NCBI GenBank assembly: GCA_964244895.1
Contig: CAXTKV010000052.1
Span: forward strand, 1-25,901
DNA: 25,901 nt
Source: an uncultured Deinococcales bacterium
Lineage (GTDB): Bacteria > Deinococcota > Deinococci > Deinococcales > JAAFIG01
Direction: 5' to 3'
The number at the start of each line of letters is the position of its first letter. Position 1 is the first letter of the stretch. Below the pieces are notes generated by a model. It was not told where the DNA came from. It was given only the letters and a program-made list of their open reading frames with translations, and did no database searches. A program made the position numbers and the translations under genes. Positions 25,036-25,901 of this stretch are shown piece after piece.

Positions 25036-25901
25036 ATGAGTACGATCAAACGCGTGGCATCCAGCGCGGGCGTCAGCGTGGCCACGGTTTCCAGGGTCGT
25101 GAACGGCACGGGCGTGGTCAGGGACGAGTTGCGCGAGCGGGTCGAACGCGCCATGACCGATCTGAATTACCGTCCCAGCGCGCTCGCGCGCGGCCTGCGG
25201 CGGCAGGAGACGCTGACGGTCGGGATTCTGGTGCCGAAGCTCGATCACCCGTTCTTTGGGGCGCTGGCCTTCGCCATCGAACGCGCGCTGTTCGCGTCGG
25301 GGTATCGGAGCTTCATGTGCAGCGCCGAGGAGAACCTGGAGCGGGAACTCGAGTACGTTTCGATGCTCCTGAATCAGCGCGTGGACGGCGTGATCATCGT
25401 GCCGACGGGCCGGGACGCGGCGGGCGTGCGCACGCTGCGGGATCACGGTGTGGCCGTCGTGACGGTGGATCGCGATCCGCCCGGATTGGACGTGGACAGC
25501 GTCTGCATCGACAACTTCGGTGGCGCGAGGGCGCTGGCGGCGCACCTGCTGGAATTGGGGCATCGGCGCATCGGCATCGCCTGCCCACCCGAGACGAGCG
25601 AACCCGTGGCGAACCGCTTGCGCGGCATCCGCGCGGCCTTCGCGGATCGCGGATTGAGCCTCGAGCCGGAATGGATCGTCAGCGGCACGCTCGAGCAATT
25701 CGAGATGGGTTACAGCGCCGGGAACGCGTTACTCTCGAGCGAGGCGCGTCCGACGGCGATCATGGCCTTGACGGACGTGATGGCGCTCGGCGTGATGCGG
25801 GCCGCCTACGACGCGGGCTTGCGCGTGCCGCAGGATCTGTCCGTCACGGGTTACGACGACATCCCGTTGGCTGCGCAGGTGATTCCGGGCTTCACCACGG
25901 T
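25036..25901 (+). CDS. LacI-family transcriptional regulator (partial, runs off the window)
   Basis: MSTIKRVASSAGVSVATVSRVVN...LNYRPSALARGLR...RVDGVI...LGHRRIG...PTAIMALTDVMALG...VPQDLSVTGYDD. Confidence 0.95.
   Translation, partial: MSTIKRVASSAGVSVATVSRVVNGTGVVRDELRERVERAMTDLNYRPSALARGLRRQETLTVGILVPKLDHPFFGALAFAIERALFASGYRSFMCSAEENLERELEYVSMLLNQRVDGVIIVPTGRDAAGVRTLRDHGVAVVTVDRDPPGLDVDSVCIDNFGGARALAAHLLELGHRRIGIACPPETSEPVANRLRGIRAAFADRGLSLEPEWIVSGTLEQFEMGYSAGNALLSSEARPTAIMALTDVMALGVMRAAYDAGLRVPQDLSVTGYDDIPLAAQVIPGFTT

Overview
GC-rich bacterial DNA, most likely Deinococcota (inferred from Deinococcus-style genes, candidate leaderless promoters and strong CTCGAG enrichment). The centre is an 8,675-bp element integrated in the 3' half of tRNA-Pro(GGG), bounded by 45-bp direct repeats at 4156-4200 and 12831-12875. 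It looks like a phage satellite: excisionase-like HTH, deviant HUH-type Rep candidate, TerS-like gene, divergent switch with an XRE repressor coupled to a PIN/VapC toxin, tyrosine integrase, and a lower-GC HipA-like kinase + DUF3037-like cargo pair. No capsid or tail genes were recognised. Both flanks carry a large STAND-ATPase/TPR/SARP-type regulator next to a similar ~58-aa microprotein and an Ig-like-domain protein. The right-hand copy has 11-bp-period repeats upstream of a microprotein, papain-family lipoprotein, beta-barrel and secreted protein run. Also present: a YihY-family gene, prfB with its +1 frameshift, a sugar ABC ATPase, a partial LacI regulator and a family of REP-like palindromes. 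All calls come from reading the sequence by eye; no searches were run.
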